64,000 nt of DNA from an uncultured virus (IMG/VR IMGVR_UViG_2061766007_000813) (taxonomy: Duplodnaviria; Heunggongvirae; Uroviricota; Caudoviricetes). Location: IMG/VR virus record IMGVR_UViG_2061766007_000813, one strand, 5' to 3'. The position numbers and the translations under genes are program-made. Positions 30,265 to 39,375 of the stretch are shown here, one piece after another. The first letter of the stretch is position 1. Each line of letters starts with the position of its first letter. The notes beneath the pieces are model-generated. The model was given only the letters and a program-made list of their open reading frames with translations. It ran no database searches and was not told the origin of the DNA.

Positions 30265-31428
30265 TCATTTCTTCTTCGGCGCGATGATGCCATATGCACC
30301 GTCGTCAAGAGCATAGGACAGCATCTTGAAACTGTTGTCCAACGGTCTGAAGGCGATTGTCAGGTTATCGTCATTCGTGTTCTTGACGACATCAAGCAAG
30401 TCCGTAGGCTTGATGAGGACGCTTTCATCCGAACCGCTGATGCGCTCGCACGGGAACGTATCATCTAGCATGCCGTCGCCAGAACCGCGCACGGAGCGAA
30501 TGGTTATTGAATCTTCATTGAAATCCATCTGGATGGTATCGTCATTCGCCACGACGATTTCAATGGATTCCTTCAACGCCTTCGCGGACAGCTTGTATTC
30601 GGACACAACCTTGTTCTTGAACATCTTCTGGACATCTGGGAAGTTGCACAGAATCTTCGACGCATATGCTTCGAGATTGTTCGACACAAGCACGATTTTC
30701 GATTCGGCGATATAGACTTTCACCATGTCGTCATCGTCATAAAGGTTGATGGAAGCGATTGTCTTCGGGGAGAGAATTCCGCTGACCGTGTTGGCGGTCA
30801 TCCCTTCAAGCGTCTCCGAATTCGGCTTCTTCCATCCCGCGACGCGGTGGCGGTCTGTCGAAACCATCGTCAAATCCGAACCGCATCCGACGAAATTGAC
30901 ACCCGTGATATACGGGGTCTGAGTATCTTTTTCGTTTCTTGCAAAACCAGATTCCTTGATTGCGTTTTTCAACGTCTTCGCATCGATTTCAAAATAAGCA
31001 ATGTCATTCGGAATAACCGACACGTCTTCCTGTGATTTGAGGGAATCGTTTTCATGCAACGCCCACTCGAACTTGGACTTGCCATCCGTGAATTCGATGC
31101 CAGACATCTTCTCGCCGTCTTCATTCTCCCTGTCCGTGTAAATTGTAGCGGTCAATTCATTGCCACGGGCGCGAACAGTCTGCATCAACTGGTTGTATTC
31201 GATACAGAATTCAAACACGTCCTTTTCATCAGTGTCGAAATATGCACGCCCAGCGGACACAAAATCCGTTGCAAAAAGCATAGCCCTGTTGTTCTCGTTC
31301 CTGAAATGGACGAACGACACCGATTTGTCAATGTTGTTCTTGCCGATGAAAATACCGATTTGCTTCAACGCCTTTGTCAATTTGCTTTTGTCAATCTTCA
31401 TGTTACTTACTTTCTCCTTTGAATCCAA
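30265..31428 (-). CDS. dnaN: DNA polymerase III beta sliding clamp-like protein
   Basis: ~380 aa; FATD, FARNEKDTQTPYITGV, VSTDRHR, FPDV and a terminal YGIIAP match the three-domain beta-clamp pattern. Confidence 0.75.
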   Translation of the reverse strand: MDSKEKVSNMKIDKSKLTKALKQIGIFIGKNNIDKSVSFVHFRNENNRAMLFATDFVSAGRAYFDTDEKDVFEFCIEYNQLMQTVRARGNELTATIYTDRENEDGEKMSGIEFTDGKSKFEWALHENDSLKSQEDVSVIPNDIAYFEIDAKTLKNAIKESGFARNEKDTQTPYITGVNFVGCGSDLTMVSTDRHRVAGWKKPNSETLEGMTANTVSGILSPKTIASINLYDDDDMVKVYIAESKIVLVSNNLEAYASKILCNFPDVQKMFKNKVVSEYKLSAKALKESIEIVVANDDTIQMDFNEDSITIRSVRGSGDGMLDDTFPCERISGSDESVLIKPTDLLDVVKNTNDDNLTIAFRPLDNSFKMLSYALDDGAYGIIAPKKK

Positions 31429-31441
31429 AACTTAACATAAA

Positions 31442-31603
31442 TTATTTATCATTCTTACTTGAAGAAATAACCTTCAACACTTTTCTGGCAACATCAATTT
31501 CATGTGTATCATCATAATTGCCTGTCTTTTTAGCTCTCTTAAAGCAATTATCCGTTTGAGCTTTCATAATCTTGTACAATTCAACTTTTTCTTCTTTTGT
31601 CAT
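31442..31603 (-). CDS. Small hypothetical protein (53 aa)
   Basis: Below the ORF-track cutoff; MTKEEKVELYKIMK... with AAGGAG SD. Confidence 0.5.
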   Translation of the reverse strand: MTKEEKVELYKIMKAQTDNCFKRAKKTGNYDDTHEIDVARKVLKVISSSKNDK

Positions 31604-31616
31604 TAGTTGACTCCTT

Positions 31617-32207
31617 TTACTTTTTCTTGGTTGTAACTTTCTTTGAATCCAAATCTATCTTGTATGGCTTTACCTGTTCTCTGTCTTCCTCGACTTTCTT
31701 CAACACTTCTGTTTCGTATTTCAAGAAGTCACGCCTGCCAGCCTGCCATTCGTAATAGGCTCGTCCGACATGAGCTATCGCGCAGGCATCGGCGATATTG
31801 TTGGAAGCCGTGTCCAGATTATGCCTCTTGTAAACAGATTTCAGCATATTGTCCTTTGGGGCAACACCCTTGCCTGTCTCAAACTTCTTGATTTGGGACA
31901 CGGCGAAAGTCATGTACGAATACCCCGCATCCAGAAGCCTCATGCGGACAACCGTGCCAAGCGTAGCGAGCTTGATGACCGACTGGGGTTGCTTGCCAGT
32001 GAAATAGTCTTCCATTGCGATGAACGTGATGTTCTCATTCTTGATGCTGTCCACAATCTTGCTGGCGATGTAATCGGCGCGTTCGATGTCGTTATCGAAA
32101 TCCTCTGGCTTCGTATTGATTTCAAAGTATTCATCCTTACCGCCGTCTTTGATAAGGTAGAACCCAGTAGCAGTGAGAGAAAGGTCAAGTCCTAGAAAAT
32201 TCATCAT
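31617..32207 (-). CDS. ruvC: RuvC-like Holliday junction resolvase
   Basis: LGLDLSLTATG, IAMED, KKFETGKGVAPKD and NNIADA. Confidence 0.8.
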   Translation of the reverse strand: MMNFLGLDLSLTATGFYLIKDGGKDEYFEINTKPEDFDNDIERADYIASKIVDSIKNENITFIAMEDYFTGKQPQSVIKLATLGTVVRMRLLDAGYSYMTFAVSQIKKFETGKGVAPKDNMLKSVYKRHNLDTASNNIADACAIAHVGRAYYEWQAGRRDFLKYETEVLKKVEEDREQVKPYKIDLDSKKVTTKKK

Positions 32208-32471
32208 CTCGCACCTCCTATCTTTTCTTCCGCTTCGGCAACGAGCTTTTCAAGCTCAGTCAGCTTCGCGTCGCGTTCCTTTTTCATCGTCTCTATCGCC
32301 TGCGCAAAATCCGTAATCTCGACACCATATGTGTCCTTGATTTCCTTCTTGCTCTTTTCCAGCTCCTCCGAAAGCCTCTTCGCCTCGGCTTCGGCAGCGA
32401 GCCNNNNNNNNNNNNNNNNNNNNNNNNNNNNCCCTTTGCTTGAGCGATTCAAACTTCTCCGAATCAGTCAT
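32204..32471 (-). CDS. Small coiled-coil protein (N-gap 32404-32431)
   Basis: MTDSEKFESLKQR [gap] LAAEAEAKRLSEELEK... Confidence 0.55.
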
Positions 32472-32955
32472 TCTTGTTCTCCTGTTTCATATCCTTCTCT
32501 ATCGACTTCTTAGCGTCTTCGAGATAGTTCTTCTTCTTGTTCCTGTCAACGACCATGCCATCGAACAGGACTCGCTGGACTTGCGAAGGAAGGACTTCAA
32601 TCGCGCCCACGCAACCGAAATCGCATTTGAACCCGATGCCCTGCGACGTTTTCTGCTTGCACACTTCGCAGTCCATATCTTCAATATGGCATGGTTTCGA
32701 GGAAATCATGCATCTTCCCACGCAATTAATCGCTGGATTCTTGCAGACATAAGCCTGAAGACCAGAATATCCGCCAGTCGTACCGCCTCCGACAATCTTA
32801 TAGGCGAAATAATTTTTCATATTGAAGACGATTTCATCTGTCTTCCCGTCTTCGAGAAGCCTGATTTCATCATCCGTGGTGCCAGTGCACAATCCCTCGA
32901 AGGAATGACCGCCTACGTCCCAAATCTTAAGTCTTTTTCCGTTAAGCTGTTTCAT
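32464..32955 (-). CDS. Hypothetical protein with an Sm-like N-terminus and a Cys-rich C-terminus
   Basis: LNGKRLKIWDVGGHSFEG; multiple Cys. Confidence 0.55.
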   Translation of the reverse strand: MKQLNGKRLKIWDVGGHSFEGLCTGTTDDEIRLLEDGKTDEIVFNMKNYFAYKIVGGGTTGGYSGLQAYVCKNPAINCVGRCMISSKPCHIEDMDCEVCKQKTSQGIGFKCDFGCVGAIEVLPSQVQRVLFDGMVVDRNKKKNYLEDAKKSIEKDMKQENKND

Positions 32956-33356
32956 TATTCCTCCTGTTCATTATATTCAATCAATTTCTTCGATTCCTTG
33001 AACGCATCATACAACGTTCTCGTAAATTTGTCATGGTACGAAATCTTCACCGTAGCAAACTCGACTCCTTTTTTCCTGTGCTTCTCGATGAACTTTCCAA
33101 GACCATCCAGCATCTCCTTGCTGTCGTCATACGACCACCGCTCCTGCTCGCGTTCAACGACATTTTCCTCGCCATAGGCTACAAGCTGTGTCTCGTCGCT
33201 CGACCAGTCCCTCGTGCTTCTTTCAACCGCGTCGATGAAATCCCGCATGGTAATCGACTTACCGCTTCTTCCTAGCTTCAGCTCCGCATCCTCCTTGTAG
33301 GCAATGATGAAAGAGCTTGAACTGGAATTGCTCACATAACCGCTTCTTACTTTCAT
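32955..33356 (-). CDS. Conserved phage protein of the VSNSSSSSF type
   Basis: MKVRSGYVSNSSSSSFII N-terminal signature. Confidence 0.7.
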   Translation of the reverse strand: MKVRSGYVSNSSSSSFIIAYKEDAELKLGRSGKSITMRDFIDAVERSTRDWSSDETQLVAYGEENVVEREQERWSYDDSKEMLDGLGKFIEKHRKKGVEFATVKISYHDKFTRTLYDAFKESKKLIEYNEQEE

Positions 33357-33730
33357 TCTTCAGCCTCGTTTTCATTGAATTCGATAAACTGCCCAGTCTC
33401 CTTGAAGGCATTGTACAACGCCACAATCAAACCGTCATCCAGAGAAACCCTGAGTTTCAAAAACCCCGTCTTCTTGTCCTTATGTTTCTTGAAGAACATC
33501 TTGAGCTTTTCAAGATACTCCTTGTCGCGAAGTTCGTTATATTCCTCATAATCCATGACTCTTTTTTCCTTCTCGGCTATCAGCATCGTATCGCTGTCCA
33601 TCATGTCAATGAGATTTACGAAATCCACCGCCTTCACTTTCTGCCCAGTGCCTTCCAATGAAATCTCCCCGTCCTTCCTGTAAGCTACAATATGGGAAGG
33701 CGCATCCGAAATCACATCATAGTTGTACAT
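33353..33730 (-). CDS. Diverged paralog of the adjacent VSNSSSSSF protein
   Basis: Collinear IVAY...DF...KH...LYNAFKE...IEFNE. Confidence 0.65.
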   Translation of the reverse strand: MYNYDVISDAPSHIVAYRKDGEISLEGTGQKVKAVDFVNLIDMMDSDTMLIAEKEKRVMDYEEYNELRDKEYLEKLKMFFKKHKDKKTGFLKLRVSLDDGLIVALYNAFKETGQFIEFNENEAEE

Positions 33731-33742
33731 ATCACATCTCCT

Positions 33743-34744
33743 TTAAAAAAGAGTCAACTGCACTGGGATGGCGTTCCTTTCATCAAATCTTCCACATCCA
33801 GCGTCATAGTATTTTCTGCTGATTTCCGCGCCGTAGGCGATTCTGTTGTTCATCACGGCGGACAGGGAGGCGGTGAAAAGACCTCCGAACGGCTCCCAGA
33901 CGACATCGCCTTCATCGGACGCGGACGTGACCAGAAGATTCATCAATTCCAACGGCTTCTGGTTCGGATGCAGATTCTTGCCCTTTTCATCCCTGACACG
34001 TTCCTCGCCAGAAAGATGCGGAAACGAAAGCACATTCGTCATGCCGACTTGACAATGGAACTTCGGCAACCTCATCGTCACTTCGTTCTTCACCTGTTCC
34101 ATATACTCGTTCGTATTGGCGGTAGTGACTGTCTCGAAATATGGCTTGCCTTCTGGATTCCCGTATTCGTTCGCGTAATTCTTCAGCATCGTGAACTTGT
34201 CATTCGGAGGGATGTAGAAACACGAATCCGCAGTCAGGTACTTTCGTGTCGCAGCATTCTTCACACCGCACGCCTCGTTCGCCTTCTGGAACGGCAACCC
34301 AGTCCTAATCCATTCGTCGCGGAGGAAATTCTTGATTGGAATACCGCCAATCCTGTCGCGGACATACTGGACGACCACTTCAGTACAACATGGAAACTGA
34401 TTCAGTGTCTTCGTGTTCGTCCTGCCAGCCACATGGGAAATCCCCTTGTCCCAGACACAGCACCGCACATACTTCCAGCCGTACTTCTTCAAAAGCGGAT
34501 GCACATTAGCCCATCCGACTTCCGTATTGCAGAACCACAGCGTCGTGTACGTCCCGCAGAGTTCCGACCATCTGGCAACATGGGGTTCATACCAGTCGGC
34601 AAGGGATTCATGGGACTTCATGTCGCCGTCAAACCCGTCTATGCCGTATGCGCCGTCCGACACGATGACCATCGGCTTTTCCCATCCATCATAGAAATCA
34701 AGCGCATCACCGAAACACAGGTGCGCGTTTTCCTTGTTAATCAT
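33743..34744 (-). CDS. DNA amino-methyltransferase, beta class (N6-A/N4-C)
   Basis: SDGAYG (DPPY variant), HPNQKP and VWEPFGG; ATG 34744 has AAGGAG SD. Confidence 0.8.
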   Translation of the reverse strand: MINKENAHLCFGDALDFYDGWEKPMVIVSDGAYGIDGFDGDMKSHESLADWYEPHVARWSELCGTYTTLWFCNTEVGWANVHPLLKKYGWKYVRCCVWDKGISHVAGRTNTKTLNQFPCCTEVVVQYVRDRIGGIPIKNFLRDEWIRTGLPFQKANEACGVKNAATRKYLTADSCFYIPPNDKFTMLKNYANEYGNPEGKPYFETVTTANTNEYMEQVKNEVTMRLPKFHCQVGMTNVLSFPHLSGEERVRDEKGKNLHPNQKPLELMNLLVTSASDEGDVVWEPFGGLFTASLSAVMNNRIAYGAEISRKYYDAGCGRFDERNAIPVQLTLF

Positions 34745-34769
34745 AAAATCGTACTCCTTTGCATACAAC

Positions 34770-34804
34770 AAAAAACTCCATACCTTTAATATGGTATGGA
34801 GTTT
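34770..34804 (-). terminator. Terminator-like hairpin
   Basis: AAACTCCATACC-ATATTAAA-GGTATGGAGTTTTTT. Confidence 0.7.
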
Positions 34805-34842
34805 GGTTTTACAGAAATCAATATTGTATGAAATCTAGTTTA

Positions 34843-35355
34843 TCATTTGACATTGGTAAGACGATTATCTCTATAATATTGTGACAATCCCATTAGTCTC
34901 CTGTGAGATGATTTAAACTGTTGGAAATTGAAAAATTTATCGTTCATTAAATCATAATACCCATCATAAAGACTTAATTGATAAGGCTGTGCGAACAATT
35001 TTGATATGATTCTCTTGTTTTCCCATCCAACTATAACAACAATTGAATTGCTGGTGATTATATGCACCTGCGGTCTTCCGTCATAAAGCAAATAAATGGC
35101 GCACAATGGTTCTCCAATGCCACCCAGTCTTTGCAGAATATCCTCCCTGTTTTGTCTTTCCTCCTGATAATGCCTAGAAACTGGAAGGGATTCAAGGTTA
35201 ATATTCTGCCAATCACTTGGATTATAATCTTCGACTGGAGGACCAGGATTGTAAAATCTCGTTGTGCTTGCGATTATGGAATTACTGTCATCAGCAACAA
35301 GCATCTTTGCCAGATGTATCAGACTTCTCGCTATTCTAATTGTTTCCTTGTTCAT
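34843..35355 (-). CDS. Tagged hypothetical protein (AT-rich, moron-like)
   Basis: MNKETIRIARSLIHLAKMLVA; AGGAG SD; hairpins on both sides. Confidence 0.65.
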   Translation of the reverse strand: MNKETIRIARSLIHLAKMLVADDSNSIIASTTRFYNPGPPVEDYNPSDWQNINLESLPVSRHYQEERQNREDILQRLGGIGEPLCAIYLLYDGRPQVHIITSNSIVVIVGWENKRIISKLFAQPYQLSLYDGYYDLMNDKFFNFQQFKSSHRRLMGLSQYYRDNRLTNVK

Positions 35356-35374
35356 AAAAATCTCCTTTTAAATT

Positions 35375-35420
35375 AAAAAATCCGACAGCTTATTATACTG
35401 TCGGATTATAAAGAAAATTT
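35375..35420 (-). promoter_or_regulatory. Terminator hairpin with a nested promoter motif
   Basis: TTTTCTTTAT-AATCCGACAG-TATAATAAG-CTGTCGGATTTTTT. Confidence 0.55.
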
Positions 35421-35440
35421 TATTTTTGCATCGTATTTAT

Positions 35441-35901
35441 TCAGCTTATCTGCACGGCGTACTGCTCCTTGTTGGCTAACTTCACTCCGAGCACTGGGTC
35501 GAGATGCGGTTCCTGACCAGGAATATACCGCCCAAACTTGACGATGATGTTGCTGAAGTGCTTCAACACGTCGATTTTGTCACTGATTTCATTCTCGTAG
35601 TAGCCAGTGAAGACCACAATCGTGTCCTTTGTCTGGTCTCGGAAGCAACGGATTAGCTCGACCAGCTCCTCGAACTGGAGCATCGGCTCNNNNNNNNNNN
35701 NNNNNNNNNNNNNNNNNNNNNNNCCAGCGCGTCGTTGTGCTTGTTCACGATTTTGCTGTCATAGGCGGGGGAATTCTGGCACATGCAGATGTCCATGCCA
35801 AGCTCCCTACAGCACTTCCAGTCGCAGAAGCACGTCGAAATAAACATGCACGGGTCTTTGAACTGGACGAAATCCTCGTCGATAATATTCTTAAGTCTCA
35901 T
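35441..35901 (-). CDS. nrdG: Anaerobic ribonucleotide reductase activase (radical SAM), split by an N-gap
   Basis: CFCDWKCC...CQN, VVFTGY, IIVKFGRY and LANKEQ; downstream of nrdD. Confidence 0.8.
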
Positions 35902-35913
35902 ATTAAAATTCTC

Positions 35914-36891
35914 TCAACTACAAAGTCCCCTGACTTCCGAAAGAGACCTGACCTTGATTGTCACGTTTCCAGCCTCTCCTTTTTCAACAATGTTTCTTAT
36001 GTTGTTCAACATTTCTTCCATGTCATCCTTATATGTCACATATAAGAGAATTACACCATGCTCAAGACACCATTTTTCCTTTAATTCATCATGAGCCAAA
36101 TAGGTTTTCCAATTTGTTTCATTCGACTTAAAAGAATTTTTAAAATGTTGAACCCCCTGATACTCGACAAACATCTTTATTGTTGAATCATCATTAAAAA
36201 TTGCAAAATCAAATTCTAATTTCGAACCCTTTTCCGAAACGCACCCAGAATCACGATAATGTTGAACATACTTGACATTCAAATCATCCAATGCTTTCTT
36301 TATCGCGGTTTCATTATGAGATTTGATACATCCACAAGACCGAATCGCTCCGCGCTTTAAATGAGTTGAAGATACATCTACAATATTTCCACAATCACAC
36401 TTGCACTTATAATATATTTTTTTATTCCTACGTTCTGGTATTTCATACAAAACTGTAAGATTTCCAAAACGTTCTCCAGAAGGAATGGCTTTTTTTCTAA
36501 CCGAACTGTGCTTTTCAAAACTTTTACATCCGCAATGCGTTTTTTCACCCTGTATCAATGAATGGGAACTGCAAATGCAATGATTTCCGCAATCACATCT
36601 ACAGTCCCACATTGTACGATTATCCTTTGACTTTTCTTGACCGACCACGATAAGATTTTCAAATCGTCGCCCAATCAAATTGAGTGCTCTTGACTTGGAA
36701 AGCAACTCGCTTGTATAGCATCCACAAGACGCGCATTTGCTCTTTTTCAATTCTGCAATTGTCTTGACGCATTGATTCCCACAATCGCATTGGCAAACCC
36801 ATTGCGCATAACCTTGTTTCAATGAATTGAAACGATACAGCACAATAAGTTTGCCAAATCTTTGACCCGTTATATCAATTAGCGTAGTCAT
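35914..36891 (-). CDS. Putative free-standing homing endonuclease (three Cys-rich repeats plus a Vsr-like PD-(D/E)XK domain)
   Basis: Three G-RFG-L-V...CxCDCGN...(S/H)CGC repeats; LEFDFAI...VEYQGVQHF...HDELKEKWC. Confidence 0.7.
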   Translation of the reverse strand: MTTLIDITGQRFGKLIVLYRFNSLKQGYAQWVCQCDCGNQCVKTIAELKKSKCASCGCYTSELLSKSRALNLIGRRFENLIVVGQEKSKDNRTMWDCRCDCGNHCICSSHSLIQGEKTHCGCKSFEKHSSVRKKAIPSGERFGNLTVLYEIPERRNKKIYYKCKCDCGNIVDVSSTHLKRGAIRSCGCIKSHNETAIKKALDDLNVKYVQHYRDSGCVSEKGSKLEFDFAIFNDDSTIKMFVEYQGVQHFKNSFKSNETNWKTYLAHDELKEKWCLEHGVILLYVTYKDDMEEMLNNIRNIVEKGEAGNVTIKVRSLSEVRGLCS

Positions 36892-38837
36892 CAGCAGAAG
36901 TCACCAAGCTCAAGCGTTTTGTCCCACCAACGATGGTCATGCTCATATCTGCGTTCCTTCGACATGTTCTTTCTCGGAACGGAGAATCCGACCACTCTCG
37001 TCCATGTCGTGACTGGGTCTTCACCACAAATCGGGCACTTCTTCTCGTAGAACCCGTGGTTGTGCGAGCATGAATTCACCTTCCCGTTGAATGCAAAATA
37101 AGGGATATGATGCGACGCGATATAGTTCAGCAGTCTCCAAGCTACTTCCTTATCGCTGAACGGGGCATCAAGATTGTAGTGGCTGATGACACCGCCTCCC
37201 ATGTAGGAGTCGAGCTGTTCGCCGACAGCCACTTTGTCCTGCATCGTGGTCTTCTCGGACAGCGAAATCCACTGGTTCGAGTACAAGGAGGAAGTATATT
37301 CCTCGTTCGGGTAGAGGAGCTTGTCTTTCTGCATGAAAATCGAGCAAGCGCGTTCACCTGGAATCTGCTCAATATTGTACATGAATCCAAACTGTTCAGT
37401 GTATTTCTGTTTGACTGCGGTGATGGTATCGAACACTTTCTTTGCAAATTCAACGCCTTCATTCGTATAAGTAACGCAGTCGAATTCATCCTTCGTGGTA
37501 AATCCCATCTTTCTCACAGCTTCATACAATGCGCTCACGCCGACCGTGCAATACTGTTTGTTGATGTCAATGATTCCAAGCGTGTAATTGGGGAGCAACC
37601 CCTTTTCCACATTGCGCGTGATGATAGAACGGATTGTATTAAGCACTTCACAGCACAACGAAGTCCGCTTTTCAAGGATAGAAAGATACTTCTCAACATC
37701 GCCTTCGCTTTCATAAGCAATACGAGCAAGATTAATGGAGTTGACCTTGACCGAACCAACTTCCAAAGCAGAGCCACCAATCGACGAGAAATTGCCAAGG
37801 CTTCCGATTTCAAGAGAATTGCGCAAACGGCAACATGACGAAAGCGCGTTCACGCCATCGTCGATGGAGAAGTTACAGTCCATCCACTTGGCATTCGTGT
37901 CACTGCACCAACGGGCGAATTCCTCATGCTTGAACTTCTTGTTCTCGTAATCGTAAATCAAGGCGTACGAAATGACTGGGAACGTCATCATGTTCTGCTC
38001 ATGGCAGGCGCGTACGACATTCATGAAAGCCTTTTCGTATTCGATGATTTCCTCAACGTTGTCGATGACTAGCGAGCCGTCTGGATATTCCATCCCGCCG
38101 AAAAGCTCAACGATGTAGTCCTCGTCCATGATGGAGAGCGTCGTGTATGCGGATTGCGTGATGCGCAGGAAGGGCTGGTTCAGCTTGTAGATGATGCGCT
38201 GGAATTCCTGGTCTCTGTAGTATTCTGGTGTCTTGATGTAGTAGTTGCTCTCTACATCCTTCTTCCAGAAATAATAACTCCACACCAAGAAATTAGGAAT
38301 CGAGCAACCACCAGAAGTCCTATTGCTGACCCATGAGACAAACTCAGCAACAAAATCGGTGAACGTCACCAGATGCTTCGGAGCCTGATGGTTGAAGTCG
38401 TTGACGAAGAACAGACCCTCCTTCGCGACCCTTGTCAGGTCGTAGCTGAAGCAGTAGCTCAAAAACGACGTGGAGTAGGAGTCATGAAGATAGAACTTCC
38501 CAGTCCATTCGGCTTCCAGCCATTCATTTGCCCGTCTTGCACCGTATTCCTTTTTCAATTCATAATAGATTTTATTGAACGACAAAAGCTTCATGTGTGG
38601 CTTGTTCATTTCGTTCAACAACGATGTCACGTCTTTCGTACCGACATTCGAATTTCCGTCAATGGATGCATCCGCGACATTCTTGCTGTTTTTGTCTATG
38701 AAATGGTCAATGAAATCCGTGTAGTTCAACTGACTTTCGGAGAATCCATTGAGACTTCTCAATTCCTCCCCGTACTTCTTGCACATTTCGTAGAACTGGT
38801 CTGTAAACCCTTGGTCTAATTTAACGTTAATTTGCAT
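36891..38837 (-). CDS. nrdD: Class III anaerobic ribonucleoside-triphosphate reductase
   Basis: YLHD, YCFSY, FTDF, TFPV, SSCCRL, EQIPGE, CPICG and the glycyl-radical motif RVVGF; no ATP cone visible. Confidence 0.9.
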   Translation of the reverse strand: MQINVKLDQGFTDQFYEMCKKYGEELRSLNGFSESQLNYTDFIDHFIDKNSKNVADASIDGNSNVGTKDVTSLLNEMNKPHMKLLSFNKIYYELKKEYGARRANEWLEAEWTGKFYLHDSYSTSFLSYCFSYDLTRVAKEGLFFVNDFNHQAPKHLVTFTDFVAEFVSWVSNRTSGGCSIPNFLVWSYYFWKKDVESNYYIKTPEYYRDQEFQRIIYKLNQPFLRITQSAYTTLSIMDEDYIVELFGGMEYPDGSLVIDNVEEIIEYEKAFMNVVRACHEQNMMTFPVISYALIYDYENKKFKHEEFARWCSDTNAKWMDCNFSIDDGVNALSSCCRLRNSLEIGSLGNFSSIGGSALEVGSVKVNSINLARIAYESEGDVEKYLSILEKRTSLCCEVLNTIRSIITRNVEKGLLPNYTLGIIDINKQYCTVGVSALYEAVRKMGFTTKDEFDCVTYTNEGVEFAKKVFDTITAVKQKYTEQFGFMYNIEQIPGERACSIFMQKDKLLYPNEEYTSSLYSNQWISLSEKTTMQDKVAVGEQLDSYMGGGVISHYNLDAPFSDKEVAWRLLNYIASHHIPYFAFNGKVNSCSHNHGFYEKKCPICGEDPVTTWTRVVGFSVPRKNMSKERRYEHDHRWWDKTLELGDFC

Positions 38838-38877
38838 AGTAAACCCTTGTAGCCTTGTTTCCAACACCCTGACACAC

Positions 38878-39084
38878 TTAGAGACTGTTCACGAATTTGA
38901 CGGCATCGAAGTAAGCCATCATCTTCCCATCCGCATCCTGCAAGACAGGCACCGAAGTTATTCCAAGCTCAGCCATTTTGTTCGTATCCTCGCATTTTTC
39001 AAATTCAATCTTCTTGTCTGTGAGTTTCTTCTCCAAAATTCTGCACTTCGGGCAACCTGTCGTGTAAAGCGTCATCTTTTCCAT
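38878..39084 (-). CDS. nrdH: Glutaredoxin / NrdH-like redoxin
   Basis: MEKMTLYTTGCPKC...GITSVPVL; AAGGAG SD before ATG 39084. Confidence 0.8.
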   Translation of the reverse strand: MEKMTLYTTGCPKCRILEKKLTDKKIEFEKCEDTNKMAELGITSVPVLQDADGKMMAYFDAVKFVNSL

Positions 39085-39314
39085 TGTACTTCTCCTTTTT
39101 ATTTTACTGTCTTTTTTAAAACCCAAGATAAGGTTGGCAAACAACCGAAAAGTAAAATTCTGCTTTTTCATTTATATGGCAGTCAAGGGTCTTTATACCT
39201 CATTTTCAACGAGTTAAATATCCTGATTGCACAACGCGGAGGTGGCATTGCCACCAGCCGTTCTGAAATTCGATTTTTCTTTCCGATTTCGCCCTCCAAA
39301 AGAAATATGGCATT

Positions 39315-39359
39315 AAAAAACGCCTTGCGGTTCCCAAAAAGAAAGCACAAGGCGTTTTT
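39315..39359. terminator. Terminator-like hairpin
   Basis: aaaaaacgccttg...caaggcgttttt. Confidence 0.6.
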
Positions 39360-39375
39360 CTTGTATTTTTCAGCG

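Noticed and set aside
33692..34789. Long plus-strand ORFs (this 365-aa one, also 15356..16339, 46473..47459, 1847..2665 and 42556..43314)
   Set aside because: They are antisense to motif-bearing minus-strand genes and have no recognisable motifs.
39172..39314. tRNA or known riboswitch (cobalamin, SAM-I, TPP)
   Set aside because: No T-arm GTTCRA cloverleaf or recognisable aptamer consensus; kept only as an unassigned structured candidate. No tRNA was recognised elsewhere in the window by eye.
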